Shown here piece after piece: positions 23,508-33,875 of a DNA stretch of 64,000 nt (the first letter of the stretch is position 1; each line of letters opens with the position of its first letter). The DNA lies in contig CAVXZB010000047.1 in assembly GCA_963765895.1 (NCBI GenBank), positions 1 to 64,000 on the forward strand, read 5' to 3'. Under the pieces are notes generated by a model. It ran no database searches. It saw nothing but the letters and a program-made list of their open reading frames with translations, and was not told where the DNA came from. The stretch comes from an uncultured Nitrososphaeraceae archaeon (GTDB lineage Archaea > Thermoproteota > Nitrososphaeria > Nitrososphaerales > Nitrososphaeraceae). Both the position numbers and the translations under genes were made by a program.

Positions 23508-23758
23508 TCAATAAACCAGCATGTTCTTCATCTTGCTAAAAATGTCTAGGAAATGTAATCCTTTTTTAGTTGTCTTGCATGTTCGTTCCCTCAGTGAATA
23601 TTCTATTAGTCCATTCCTATGTAAAGGGAACAAATATTGTTGAATGGAATATGACTTATTGATGCTGTTTTAAGAATATCTGTATATCTTACCCTCTTAG
23701 CTTTCGCTGTTTCCAGTATCGAAGCAATTATATCAAATCTATTTCGATACAGAATCAT
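23508..23758 (-). pseudogene. winged-helix regulator, frameshifted
   Basis: YRNRFDIIASILE ... NGLIEYS..TCKTTKKGLHFL in a second frame. Confidence 0.7.
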
Positions 23759-23975
23759 TTATGATCTATATAGACGTGCTTGACATCATTAATGAGGATA
23801 TTATTAACAGATTGATTCATTTTATGTTACGATGTGATGTTTTCTGTTAGTCTTTATATCTAATGTTGGACCAAATTTGAATCATATATTAATACCTATA
23901 TGAGAACGTAATTAAACATGGCACGCCCACTATCTGCATACTTTCATATTTGCAGAAAATAGCGAACTATGCGAA

Positions 23976-24676
23976 CTATACTTTTTTTGATAAAAAGACC
24001 ACTCTAAATATTAATGCAATTATTGTTGTGCCTATGAAAGTTGCAGACCAATATAGCCACAAATTGTTCAAGACTCCAGCGACAAGTGCGGGAGCCAAGG
24101 AGCGAGCAGGATTCATTGAAGCACCGGATATGAATGCTAAAAAGAATATATTTAACCCAACTATTCCACCTATAGCGATACCACTAAAGCCTCTTAGTCC
24201 TTTAGTATAGAAAACTACATAGATTACAGTCATTAGCATTGCAGAAGCAGCAACTTCGACTCCAATTATTACTGGTATGGGGGAATGCATAATTTGGAGC
24301 ATTTGCTCCCAAGTGCGCCTGATTTCCGATTACAAATTTTACAAAAAGACTTCCAAGGCACCTATTATCTCTGTCGAAAAATAATATAATAACTGGATCC
24401 TTGTTATGTGTTTAGTAATAAGAAATCCCACTGTAACTGCGGGATTAAAATGAGCCATAGATATTTTTCCAAACAAGTAGACTCCTACAGTAACTCCAAT
24501 AAATGGAGCAAATGCAATGAAAGGTATACCTAATCTCCATTTAACTTGGCATCAATTACTACAGAACTGGTCGCAAGAACTACTACAATGAATGTGCCAA
24601 TAATTTCTGCAAAAAAACTTTTTTGATTGGGAGTTAGTCTGCTAGTTATCTTTGTAAGTAAGGTTTTCTGCTCCAA
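23976..24676 (-). pseudogene. aquaporin/MIP channel, frameshifted
   Basis: AEIIGTF, HFNPAVT and MNPARS (two NPA boxes) in different frames. Confidence 0.88.
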
Positions 24677-24744
24677 TCTGAATCACACATTTAATCATCT
24701 CATAAGTCAGTCTGGTCTATCCCATTGATAATGAAGATAAGGAT

Positions 24745-24895
24745 CTATCGATTAGCGTCTCTACCTATACTTGCAGTCAATTCTTTTACTCTGTTCAATC
24801 TCATCCCTGATTTCTCTGACTTTTTCTATTGGTTTATCTCTGGGGTCTTCTATTCCCCAATCTACCAGATTAGGAACGAACACGGTAGGACATTA
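24745..24895 (-). pseudogene. ArsC/LMW-PTP arsenate reductase C-terminal fragment
   Basis: CPTVFVPNLVDWGIEDPRDKPIEKVREIRDEIEQ. Confidence 0.8.
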
Positions 24896-24992
24896 ACTTT
24901 GTCTTAGGGATTCAAGTCAAAAAGAATTCCCTTAGAGTCGCTATTTTCTACCAGATTCTTATAATAATAGTATTTGTAACCTTTTACGAATA

Positions 24993-25370
24993 TTGGATAG
25001 TAAAATAAAAAATATTTCAATTAGCTTATTCTTATTTTTTCTCGCTGGTTTATGTGAAATTGGCGGCGGATATCTGGTATGGCTATGGTTAAGAGAGGAG
25101 ATGGGTTGGGTTTTAGGAATTATTGGTGGATTTGCATTATTCGTTTATGGAATAATTCCTACCTTTCAACCATCTCATTTCCATCGTATTTATGCTGCCT
25201 ATGGTGGAATCTTTATTATTATGGCAATAGCTTGGGGTTGGTTATTTGAAAGGATAGTTCCTGATATCTATGATCTTATAGGCGCAATCATTGCAATTAT
25301 TGGAGTTGTAGTAATATTTTATATGCCTAGAAAGGATGGTAGTGAGAAATCAATCTGGGTCAAACAATGA
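24993..25370 (+). CDS. YnfA/UPF0060 SMR-like membrane protein, paralog A
   Basis: LCEIGGGYLVW, RIYAAYGGIFI; 4 TMs. Confidence 0.9.
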   Translation: MDSKIKNISISLFLFFLAGLCEIGGGYLVWLWLREEMGWVLGIIGGFALFVYGIIPTFQPSHFHRIYAAYGGIFIIMAIAWGWLFERIVPDIYDLIGAIIAIIGVVVIFYMPRKDGSEKSIWVKQ

Positions 25371-25699
25371 TAATACTAATCATAGTTACTCTGACATTAT
25401 TCTTTACTGCAGCAATCGCAGAGATTGGTGGAGGATATCTGATTTGGTCATGGATAAGGAAAAAGAAGACTATAATTCTCGGTTTAGTTGGCGGAATAAT
25501 TTTATTTATTTATGGAATTCTTCCAACGATGCAACCGTCAAACTTTGGTAGAGTGTATGCTGCCTACGGTGGAATCTTCGTAGTATCTTCTATTGTCTGG
25601 GGCGCATTGATAGACAAAAAGAAGCCAGACCGATATGAAATCATTGGATCGCTTATTGTATTATCTGGTGCAGCAGTAATATTTTATAGTCCTCGCTAG
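25367..25699 (+). CDS. YnfA/UPF0060 SMR-like membrane protein, paralog B
   Basis: IAEIGGGYLIW, FGRVYAAYGGIF; ATGA overlap with paralog A. Confidence 0.9.
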   Translation: MIILIIVTLTLFFTAAIAEIGGGYLIWSWIRKKKTIILGLVGGIILFIYGILPTMQPSNFGRVYAAYGGIFVVSSIVWGALIDKKKPDRYEIIGSLIVLSGAAVIFYSPR

Positions 25700-25821
25700 C
25701 CTGTCAAGTGATTATATTGTTAATCTATATAAAAATAAGTATTTTGTTACTCAGTTTTATAGGATTGCTAAATCTGTTTAATACATTCCAAGTTTAACTT
25801 GATTCATCTAGGAGAAAAATA

Positions 25822-26228
25822 ATGTTTTCAAGGAGAGGAAAAAAAATGAGGAGCATAAGGAGCATAAGAACAAGAAGAATCGCTTCTCATCAGAATATAC
25901 TATGCTTTCAATCCTTGAATATCTCTATACAAATACACGCGCGATACCTGTAAGCAAATATGGCATAGTGACAAATACCCCCGGAATTGAGCAACAGAGA
26001 CCTGATAGAGTGAATCTCATAATACGTTCGCTTGAGAAGAATGGATACATAATGTCGGTAAATACCTCTCCCAATCTGATATTCTATAATATAACTCAAA
26101 ATGGTATAGATGCTTATGAGAAATGGGTTAGGGATTTCCTAGACTTTGCAAGAAATACAAATATTACTAATACTACTACAGATGCAAGCTCTACAACAAC
26201 TGATAATGAGTCTTCGAAAAAAAGGTAG
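25822..26228 (+). CDS. winged-helix protein (5' end likely frameshifted in an A-run)
   Basis: SILEYLY..LEKNGYI..FYNITQNGIDAY. Confidence 0.7.
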
Positions 26229-26276
26229 TAACAATAGTAGCAATGCTATGATGACAGTATGGTAAATAAGAACAGA

Positions 26277-28090
26277 CTAAGTGACTGATGCTTGCTGTGG
26301 TGGTGGAGATGCAGTAGAAGATGATGGTTTAACTATGAGAATAAGATGGGCTATTCCTCTCTTCCTATGAAAGAAGGTTTTGCTTGCATATTCTCGAGCA
26401 TCATCTGTTAAACTATCTCCTATTACTAGCCCCAGACCCAGCCGATATCCTGTAACAGAATTATATTTTATAAGAGAGTCTGCAAAGGATTCTACGAGAT
26501 TTCTATCTATATTGCCATCAATGATCTTGATTATGATGGATCCGGCTGTGTAGAAACCATCTCATACAGTCAAAGCTTTGTAAGAGTATAATACCAATAG
26601 TCTATTGAAAGAATCAATGTACGTCAGACTTGCAGGTACCTATGTTCCGTGTTTTGAAGCATGCAAGGATTCCTCTATTTTCTAACAGGAAAAGTAATCA
26701 CATATTTACAATATGGTAGCACATAGTTCTAATTGCTATACGACAGTATGAAGGTAAGAGTTATAGAATGTTTGTCGAGTGGTTAATTGAAGCCTATTAC
26801 CTAAGGTCATTTCTACGGTTGTCACGTATTCCTCATTTTACAACATTGCAAAAGTTTACAGATAGAATCAATAATTCATTGCTTGAAAAGATAATTTCGT
26901 CATTCATTGTAATTAGTGGTACCAAGCATATCTTTGCAGGAATAGATTCAACAGGATTTAAGATAACTCATGCATCACAATATTATACTGATCGAACAGA
27001 ATTGAGAAGAAAATATGCGAAATTATCTATTGGAGTAGATGTATTACAACAAATCATATGTACAATTAAGATAAGACGAGCTCCAACAAGGCATGATAAT
27101 GTAGATTTCAGGCCAATTATAACAAGGACATCAAATATTCTTCCATTATCCGTAGTTACAGCTGATAAGGGTTACGATAGTGAAGATAATCACCTTCTCG
27201 TAAGAGAGGACTTACATGCATTCAGTATTATTCCTGCTCGATATGAACATGTACCGATGTGGAGAACACATGGTAAGGTACAGAAAGCAGATGAAGCGTG
27301 GTTACTCCAAATTGCTGTACAATCAACGAAACAAAGATGAAACCATAATATCAGTTATAAAACGACTATTTGGAGAGAATCTTATGTCTAGATTGACTAG
27401 AATGCAGAACAGAGAGTTATCATTTAGATGTATCACCTACAATATGCATAGACTGACTAATCTTGTAATATTGATGATGTTTTCTACATAGCCGATGGAT
27501 CCATATTCTTTTAGAACTTTCTTAAGATTATTGCTCGAACTACTACCATCATTCAATACGGGATCCGAATCTAATAGGACATCAAATACCAAATCGCCAG
27601 TAGCATCACGTATAGATACATTCAGAAATTCATTAAGACTCTTTTTTGAATCAATATATTCTTCTAATGGTCTGCTAATCTCCTTTATAGATTGTGACAA
27701 ACCAAAAATTGCTTCTTCTCTAGTTCTTGCTGTCATGGTAATACTCATGGTAGTCATTATAGTATTTCTTTCAAACATATCAGTCCATCTATCAAGGACA
27801 TTTCTTGACCTTAGCAAAAGTAAAACCAATGGTATCAATATAACTATTAAAACGACCAATAATGTAAGGTCAACTATTTTATCTACTTGCTCGCTTGAAG
27901 TAGAAAAATAATCTAACGCTCCAAGTATATTTAATATTGAAAGCACTACAAGGGCCGCAATTAACCCAATAACAATGTAAAGATTTTTTTGTGCCAAGTG
28001 AATTAATCTGGTAGATTCATAGCCAAATCTAGTAGTCAAAATCGTCGAGGAAGATAAGTTGTAATCATTAAATTTGTCTGTCTCTGTCAT
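26277..28090 (-). pseudogene. 2-TM membrane protein interrupted by IS
   Basis: Removing the IS and one TSD restores KEYGSI|IIKIIDGNIDRNLVESF...QQASVT stop at 26277. Confidence 0.85.
26544..27493 (+). mobile_element. complete 950-bp IS5-family insertion sequence, defective transposase
   Basis: TIRs GGCTGTGTAGAAACCATC / GGCTATGTAGAAAACATC (16/18); 9-bp TSD GATGGATCC at 26535-26543 and 27494-27502; IDSTG, ADKGYD, RNKDET motifs; TAG at 26717 and frameshift near 27276. Confidence 0.96.
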
Positions 28091-28141
28091 GATGTGTAAA
28101 TATGTGAAGAATATAGCATTTTTGAATATATAAAGTGGCAT

Positions 28142-28175
28142 ATAACTAAGTTACAAGTGGTTATAACTGAGTTAT
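28142..28175. promoter_or_regulatory. tandem palindromic operator-like sites TAACTNAGTTA
   Basis: TAACTAAGTTA 28143-28153 and TAACTGAGTTA 28164-28174, 21 bp apart, between divergent genes. Confidence 0.55.
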
Positions 28176-28214
28176 TATAGTATTATTATAATCCCAATTA
28201 TTAAGTATGTATAC

Positions 28215-29025
28215 ATGAAAAACAAAATAGCATTTTTGCATGTCTTGTTGGCATTAACTCTATTATCCTTAGTTTTGGCCTACATGCAATCATCACTATA
28301 TCCTCTTGAAACGATAATTCATGTAGCAAAGGCTGCAGAACAGCAGAAGAAAGAGCACATGAGGGTGTTGAAAGTGGCAACGTCCAAAATAGTTTTTCCC
28401 CAGTAAGTCCTGAACAAAGCAAGCAAGTGACTAAACAATCAGAAAAAGAAGTAACAATCAATTTATCGCCACAAAGTCTGATACAAGCCGGCTCTCCATT
28501 GCAAGGAAATCCAGCAGCACCAATTACCATTGTGGAATTTGGTGACTTTCAATGCGAATTTTGTGATGGATTTGCTAAAGTAACTGAACCAAAGATAAAT
28601 GCGATTTATATTCAGACAGGTAAAGCTAACATGATTTTCAAAAATTTTGTAACCCATGGGCCAGATTCAATTACTGCCGCCATGGCAGCCCAATGCGCTA
28701 ATGACCAAGGTAAATTTTGGAATTTTTATCAGATCCTCTATAAAAATCGAGGAGCTGAAAATTCTGGTTGGGCTAATACAAACGGTATGAAAAAGTTTGC
28801 ATCACAAATACCTGGCTTAAATATTCAAAAGTTTAATTCATGTCTTGATAATAATAAGTATAAATCATTTGTAGATAAGGATAATACTCTAGCCATATCT
28901 TCAGGCTTTCAAGGCACACCTAGCTTTGTAATAGAAAAGAAAGATGGTTAAGTAGGGAGATGCTACTAGGAGCATATCCATTTCCTTCATTCCAGGCAAT
29001 AATCGATAAGAAGTTAAATGGATAA
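28215..29025 (+). pseudogene. DsbA-family thioredoxin-fold protein, frameshifted
   Basis: Signal anchor; EFGDFQCEFC, GTP; C-terminal LGAYPFPSFQAIIDKKL in another frame. Confidence 0.88.
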
Positions 29026-29042
29026 GGAATTGACTCGGCAAA

Positions 29043-29617
29043 TTGAAAAGGGATAATAAAATAACTTCGTTGCCGAAATTATCTGGATCTCGCCCTCATC
29101 TTACTATTTCTACCTCAATAAGACTGGTCTTCTCACATTGGCATTATGTTGTTATAGCAGGAGTTATATGCACAATTTTCTGGATAATATTTAGTATCTT
29201 TGACCAGTTGCTCTTTTTTACGCCTATCTTTGTATTTTACCTACCAGATGATGCAGTAACAGGATTTATTCTCTCCACTATAACTACAATCCTTTTGGGT
29301 ATCGTAGTAAGCATGAATGTATATGTGCTAAGGCGTTCAAAGGGTTTGAAGATAAATATTAAATCATTTTTTTCATGGTCAACTTTAAGTGTGCTTTCAA
29401 GCACATGTGCTAGTTGTTCCTCACTGGGTTTTCTTCTTGTTTCTACATTTGGAGGAATAGGAGTAACTGCATCAGCCTTTCTATCTAATTATCAGACACC
29501 TTTACGAATTCTGTCTATAGGCCCTTTTGATATTGGGCACTATATTCAATAAGTAATAAATTGAATAAGAGTTGTATTTTAGAGTATAAGGTCGATAATC
29601 ATAACAAGGACAAGTAA
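29043..29617 (+). CDS. membrane protein with CxxC (probable DsbA partner), 3' frameshift
   Basis: TM helices with STCASCSS, 17 bp after the DsbA gene. Confidence 0.75.
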
Positions 29618-29739
29618 ACCTATTTTGATCCTCAAAGAATTAGAGAGAAGGGAGTAAGAGCATGATATGAGCAAGTAAAAATATCTAAAATTACACAGAT
29701 ATACATTTGCATAGTCAATACAGACAGATTAGAGCAGAA

Positions 29740-30055
29740 TTACAAATATTGTCTTCTCTCAAGTTCCTGTAATCTTCCTGTTATGGCTACAAGTTGATCT
29801 GATAGTTGTGCTATAGCATCATCTTTTAATTTATCATACTGTCTTAATGACTGATTTAATTCCTCTAATTCTTCTACCTTCGTCTGTATGTCAGCACCCT
29901 GTCTTCCTAACTGGAGGACATTTAGGAAGGTCAAATAAGGTTCTATCTTGAGAAATATTTCAGCTTTCTCTGAATCCTTTTTGTGCCAGTATGTTGAATT
30001 AGAGTGTCCTATAAAATATTCAAAGTAATCAACGTAGCCAAGATCAGATATAGTA
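29740..30055 (-). pseudogene. tyrosine integrase C-terminal remnant
   Basis: EYFIGHSNSTYW (H..Y catalytic region), IEPYLT, coiled-coil tail DDAIAQLSDQ. Confidence 0.7.
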
Positions 30056-30059
30056 GTTA

Positions 30060-30578
30060 TAATTGGTAACAATCAACATTTAGTATTTACGCCAAATACA
30101 GCCTTAGCTGCAGAAAACAATGCTAATGCAAGAAATCAAAAGTGTCAAATATCATCGAACCAACTACTCTACCTCGTTGTATATCCTAGGGAATGTTCTA
30201 CAATATTTGGATCAAACCCTCCTGCAGGGAATTTCCAGACATAAAATCCACTGCTGGTCTTTTACAATGCGCACAAGATGTATACAAAGTAATAGAGAAA
30301 ATGCAGGTCAAGGTCGATGGTCAAGATGTTTCATCTCATATTATCTGTCAGACTGCCCCCAACCATTCAAATGGATCTTAAAATCAGATAATGCTGACGA
30401 CTGGAAAGCACCTATCTTTGATGGGAACGATACTTCAATGGCCGAAAATTATTACCTCCTTTTCAAACCATTGCCTGTTGGAGATCATACTATAGAATTG
30501 GAAGTTATACGACAACCGCTTCAGGCAAATCAACCTATAGAACATGATGTTGCTAAATGGAATATCAAGGTAACATAA
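30060..30578 (+). pseudogene. secreted beta-rich protein remnant
   Basis: Frameshifted; signal-peptide end PNTALA; YYLLFKPLPVGDHTIELEV. Confidence 0.55.
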
Positions 30579-30591
30579 TAGTTAAGGGAGA

Positions 30592-30735
30592 ATTTCATCA
30601 AGAAAAATCCGAGAAGCCATCAAGGTGAGCGAAGAAACTCATACGGAGTTAGGCAAGCCGGGTGCATGGGGCGAGACGATGGATGATATTATAGCCAAGT
30701 GCATAAAGTCGTATAAGAAGGAGAATAAGATATAA
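30592..30735 (+). CDS. 47-aa RHH/antitoxin-like protein (start codon ATT or mutated)
   Basis: AIKVSEETHTELGKPGAWGETMDDIIAKCI after GGGAG SD-like motif. Confidence 0.55.
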   Translation: MSSRKIREAIKVSEETHTELGKPGAWGETMDDIIAKCIKSYKKENKI

Positions 30736-30751
30736 TTTGGTGTTTAGATAG

Positions 30752-30916
30752 ATGTCTAAAAATTGCGTCTGGTTAGATTGTCAGAATACAGTCATGTTAG
30801 GAGACGAAGAAGCCAAGACAGAGTTTGGCGAGATGTGCCCCTATCACAAGGCAATGATAGTCATGTATAACCGAAGCCCTCCAAAGCCAAAAACAGAGGA
30901 AAGGGGTGTTAACTAA
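30752..30916 (+). CDS. 54-aa Cx4C...CxxH zinc-finger microprotein
   Basis: MSKNCVWLDCQNTVMLGDEEAKTEFGEMCPYHKAMIVMYNRSPPKPKTEERGVN. Confidence 0.55.
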   Translation: MSKNCVWLDCQNTVMLGDEEAKTEFGEMCPYHKAMIVMYNRSPPKPKTEERGVN

Positions 30917-30956
30917 GTTAATACTTAGCACAGAAAGTGGGTGTAAACTAACTTAA
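30904..30956. repeat. 18-bp imperfect direct repeat pair
   Basis: GGGTGTTAACTAAGTTAA (30904) and GGGTGTAAACTAACTTAA (30939), 16/18 identical. Confidence 0.6.
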
Positions 30957-31215
30957 CAGTCGCTAGTGATTGTTCTATAACTTTTACATATAAAGTCCAA
31001 AATCCGGCTAACTCCTTTTAGCACTTATCCCGCTCAGAAATTTAGTAGTATTGTATTTGTCTATTAATAGAAATTAGTAGTTTAGTAGATCCCAATCTCT
31101 AAAGTTTTTTAAAAAATTCCTGATTTCATATATGTAATTAGTTGCTTTTATTGTCATCATACAATTAAGTGTGAGGAAAGGATAAAAAATATAATCAGTC
31201 TGCATCCCATTGTTT

Positions 31216-31530
31216 ATGTGGAAGAACTTTATGAATTGTACCATCTACTTTATGAACTAGAAGATCACGGCGGATACTTCAAGGACTTTATAAGTACCTG
31301 ACGGAATAGAAGCTGGTATTATACTGCTGCATCCTAATGAGGATGATACACAAGAACCACATTCGGTCGATGAAGTATATTATGTTATCAAAGGAAATGG
31401 GTATATTGAAATAAACGGCAAGGATCATCCAGTTAAACAAGGAATCTTCATTTTTGTACCGGCGGCTACCAAGCATAGATTCCATCATAACAGTCAAGAT
31501 CTTATTATCTTCTATGTATTAGGAAAATGA
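31216..31530 (+). pseudogene. cupin domain protein, frameshifted
   Basis: DTQEPHSVDEVYYVIKGNG..FVPAATKHRFH; not in ORF track. Confidence 0.85.
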
Positions 31531-32246
31531 TAACCTTTATTCCGAGTCTCATAACATGGTCTTGTTCTAGTCTTATTAAATGCCTTCTGATGAGATATTG
31601 AATGAGACCATAGCGTCTATGCGATGGGGATCAATAACTGGCACCTTTATATTGGATTCTTACAACATGATTTATTGCCACCAATCATGACATACATTAC
31701 TTGTATTGGTTATTTTATAACATCAAAAATTCTAATTTATTGCATTCTAGGTTCTGTTCTTTCTTATCGCAATTGCATCAAATGTATAAGACTAGCTATT
31801 GATCAGTACAACAAGAATGTTACTAATGAAGAATGTCAGTCATTACAGTATTATAGTAATCTTTCCTGATAGCAGAGTCACAGTACCCGAACACAATATC
31901 TTCTAGATAGTATAGCATCTCACTTAATGATGCCAATGTTCTTTTTGAAGTATCTCCTCACAATGCATAGAAGCCCCAATCTATAATAGTCTAGAACTTG
32001 ATATAGATTTATTCTAATAATGACTTGCCACCAGCTATAAATGGTGGATCGTGAACGACAAAACATTATGTTTGTATAAATCTTGCGTAGTTTAAAGTTA
32101 TATCATACCTATTAACATACAGGGTGGGATAAAATTATAATGTTTACAATATGCTCTAGTCGACATAAAATGATTAGATATTTCTATAACATGAAAATTC
32201 TAAAGGAGACACAGAAATCCACCAAGTAGCAATAATTATAATACCA

Positions 32247-32441
32247 ATGAAATCAATTGCGAATACGACAATAAAGTTTAAACGATTATTTGGTATATTT
32301 TTTAGCGCATTTATAGTTTTTTTGGTTGTCATTTTTATTGCCATAGTAGTAGATAGAAAGTTAAGTATAGGAATAGCCATTATTCTAATTATAATACCGA
32401 TTGCTATTCGATATCTCGTATATATATTAGCCAGAATTTAG
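32247..32441 (+). CDS. small two-TM membrane protein
   Basis: Two hydrophobic helices in 64 aa. Confidence 0.45.
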   Translation: MKSIANTTIKFKRLFGIFFSAFIVFLVVIFIAIVVDRKLSIGIAIILIIIPIAIRYLVYILARI

Positions 32442-32515
32442 AAGTATAGAAGTTGAGAATTAGAAGCAAACTCTAGAACTGATATCTAACTCAATTGTGG
32501 ACATTCCTTTTCTAA

Positions 32516-32707
32516 TTATATTGTTGATGGAAGTTGAATCAACTCTGAAGTACAAGTTTTACCACATGTGCTACAGAAATGAATATCGCACATTAAACAT
32601 CTAACTAAAATTTGGGAATTATAAATTCTAGCAAATACGAAATCATGCTTATAAAAGAAATGATTTGTCATAAAATTTCTGTCGTCATGTAATATATAAA
32701 ATGCCAT
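32516..32707 (-). CDS. small Cys-rich zinc-finger protein, paralog 1
   Basis: HDFVFAR..CLMC..FCSTCGK; paralog at 55092. Confidence 0.65.
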   Translation of the reverse strand: MAFYILHDDRNFMTNHFFYKHDFVFARIYNSQILVRCLMCDIHFCSTCGKTCTSELIQLPSTI

Positions 32708-32819
32708 ACTTGGCTATTGGTTCTAGGTTCTATCCACTTTGTTGATTAACCGATTGTTGAAAATTATGTTACCTAAAAATGTGATCACTACATAAAAAAA
32801 TAGTGATGCGGCGCTATAG

Positions 32820-33128
32820 CTATGGGTTTGGTTTAGGTAACGGCTGATTCACCGAATTTGAAGGATTTGTAGTATTTGCCGATGGTGATGGTGATGGTGT
32901 AGCTGGAATGCCACATAACTTTGATTCTGTTGAATTGACAAATTTTAAGCGTGGGTTATTAGGGTTGCAAAAACTCTTCTTCTCTTCTGCGCTCATTTGT
33001 TGGGCTTGGCTTATACTAACTGTCTCAACTTGTGCAATTATTACCGTTATCGTAAGAGCCACAACAACCTTTATCACCGTGGATCGGGTTATCGTTTTAT
33101 TCATTAAGCTATACATTGAGAATATCAA
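32820..33128 (-). CDS. small secreted protein with two Cys
   Basis: Signal peptide ending SQA; CNPNNPRLKFVNSTESKLCGIP; P/S-rich tail. Confidence 0.65.
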   Translation of the reverse strand: MIFSMYSLMNKTITRSTVIKVVVALTITVIIAQVETVSISQAQQMSAEEKKSFCNPNNPRLKFVNSTESKLCGIPATPSPSPSANTTNPSNSVNQPLPKPNP

Positions 33129-33530
33129 ATATTTAAATATCTCTTGTCCAAATTACTATGATCGCATGTATCTATGGTTATTTATTAGAATTTTCTCTTT
33201 ATTTTCTTGTCCATTAATTGTAAATAGCCCACACATCCCCAGTTATTTTATGTCTTAAAAGGAAATTTAATATTGAAAAATATAGGTTCGTGGTGGTTGA
33301 CTAAGCAACAGTTTCAGCCTTTGTATCTTCAGAAGTTAAAGATAATGTGGATATGACTTGGAAATAAGTTTTGGATACAATTAACACAGTACCCAAGGAG
33401 AGTCTAAACGAAAAATGCAGTTACAATCGTTATTTCAAATTCTAATAATCACGGAAATGCCTTTAAAGTACTTCTAAACGAAACTACACCCAATCAATTA
33501 ACTAAGCTGCAAGGATCCAAAAATGGAATT

Positions 33531-33875
33531 TCATATACCTGATGTCTCTGCTTTCTCTATTTGTATAGTAACAGCATCTCCTACTCTTAGACCGGTGTCT
33601 TCGTACTCTCTCATACTCAGCTTGAACGTAGGTGATTCAGAAAGTCCCATGCCTCCCAATCCCCCTCCACCTAGTATATTTGACATCGCTTTGGGTAAAT
33701 TTTTCATCAAATCTTCTGGTGAGGTGAAAGCAAATGCTTTGGCACCAAATGGACTTTGAGGTTGTTTTTGTAACCTATCTTCACTAGAAGAGTTTGGATC
33801 AGCAAAACCAACATAAACGTAAGGGCTTCCATCTTGTGAGGCTTCAATCCTTGATACAATAAATTTTTTTTTCAT
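33531..33875 (-). CDS. arcadin-1-like protein
   Basis: IVSRIEASQDGSPYVYV and KLSMREYEDTGLRVGDAVTIQIEK resemble arcadin-1 as recalled. Confidence 0.6.
   Translation of the reverse strand: MKKKFIVSRIEASQDGSPYVYVGFADPNSSSEDRLQKQPQSPFGAKAFAFTSPEDLMKNLPKAMSNILGGGGLGGMGLSESPTFKLSMREYEDTGLRVGDAVTIQIEKAETSGI

Noticed and set aside
27437-27493. C-terminus of ORF 27437..28141
   Set aside because: Read-through into the IS end; the true C-terminus lies beyond the IS at 26277-26543.
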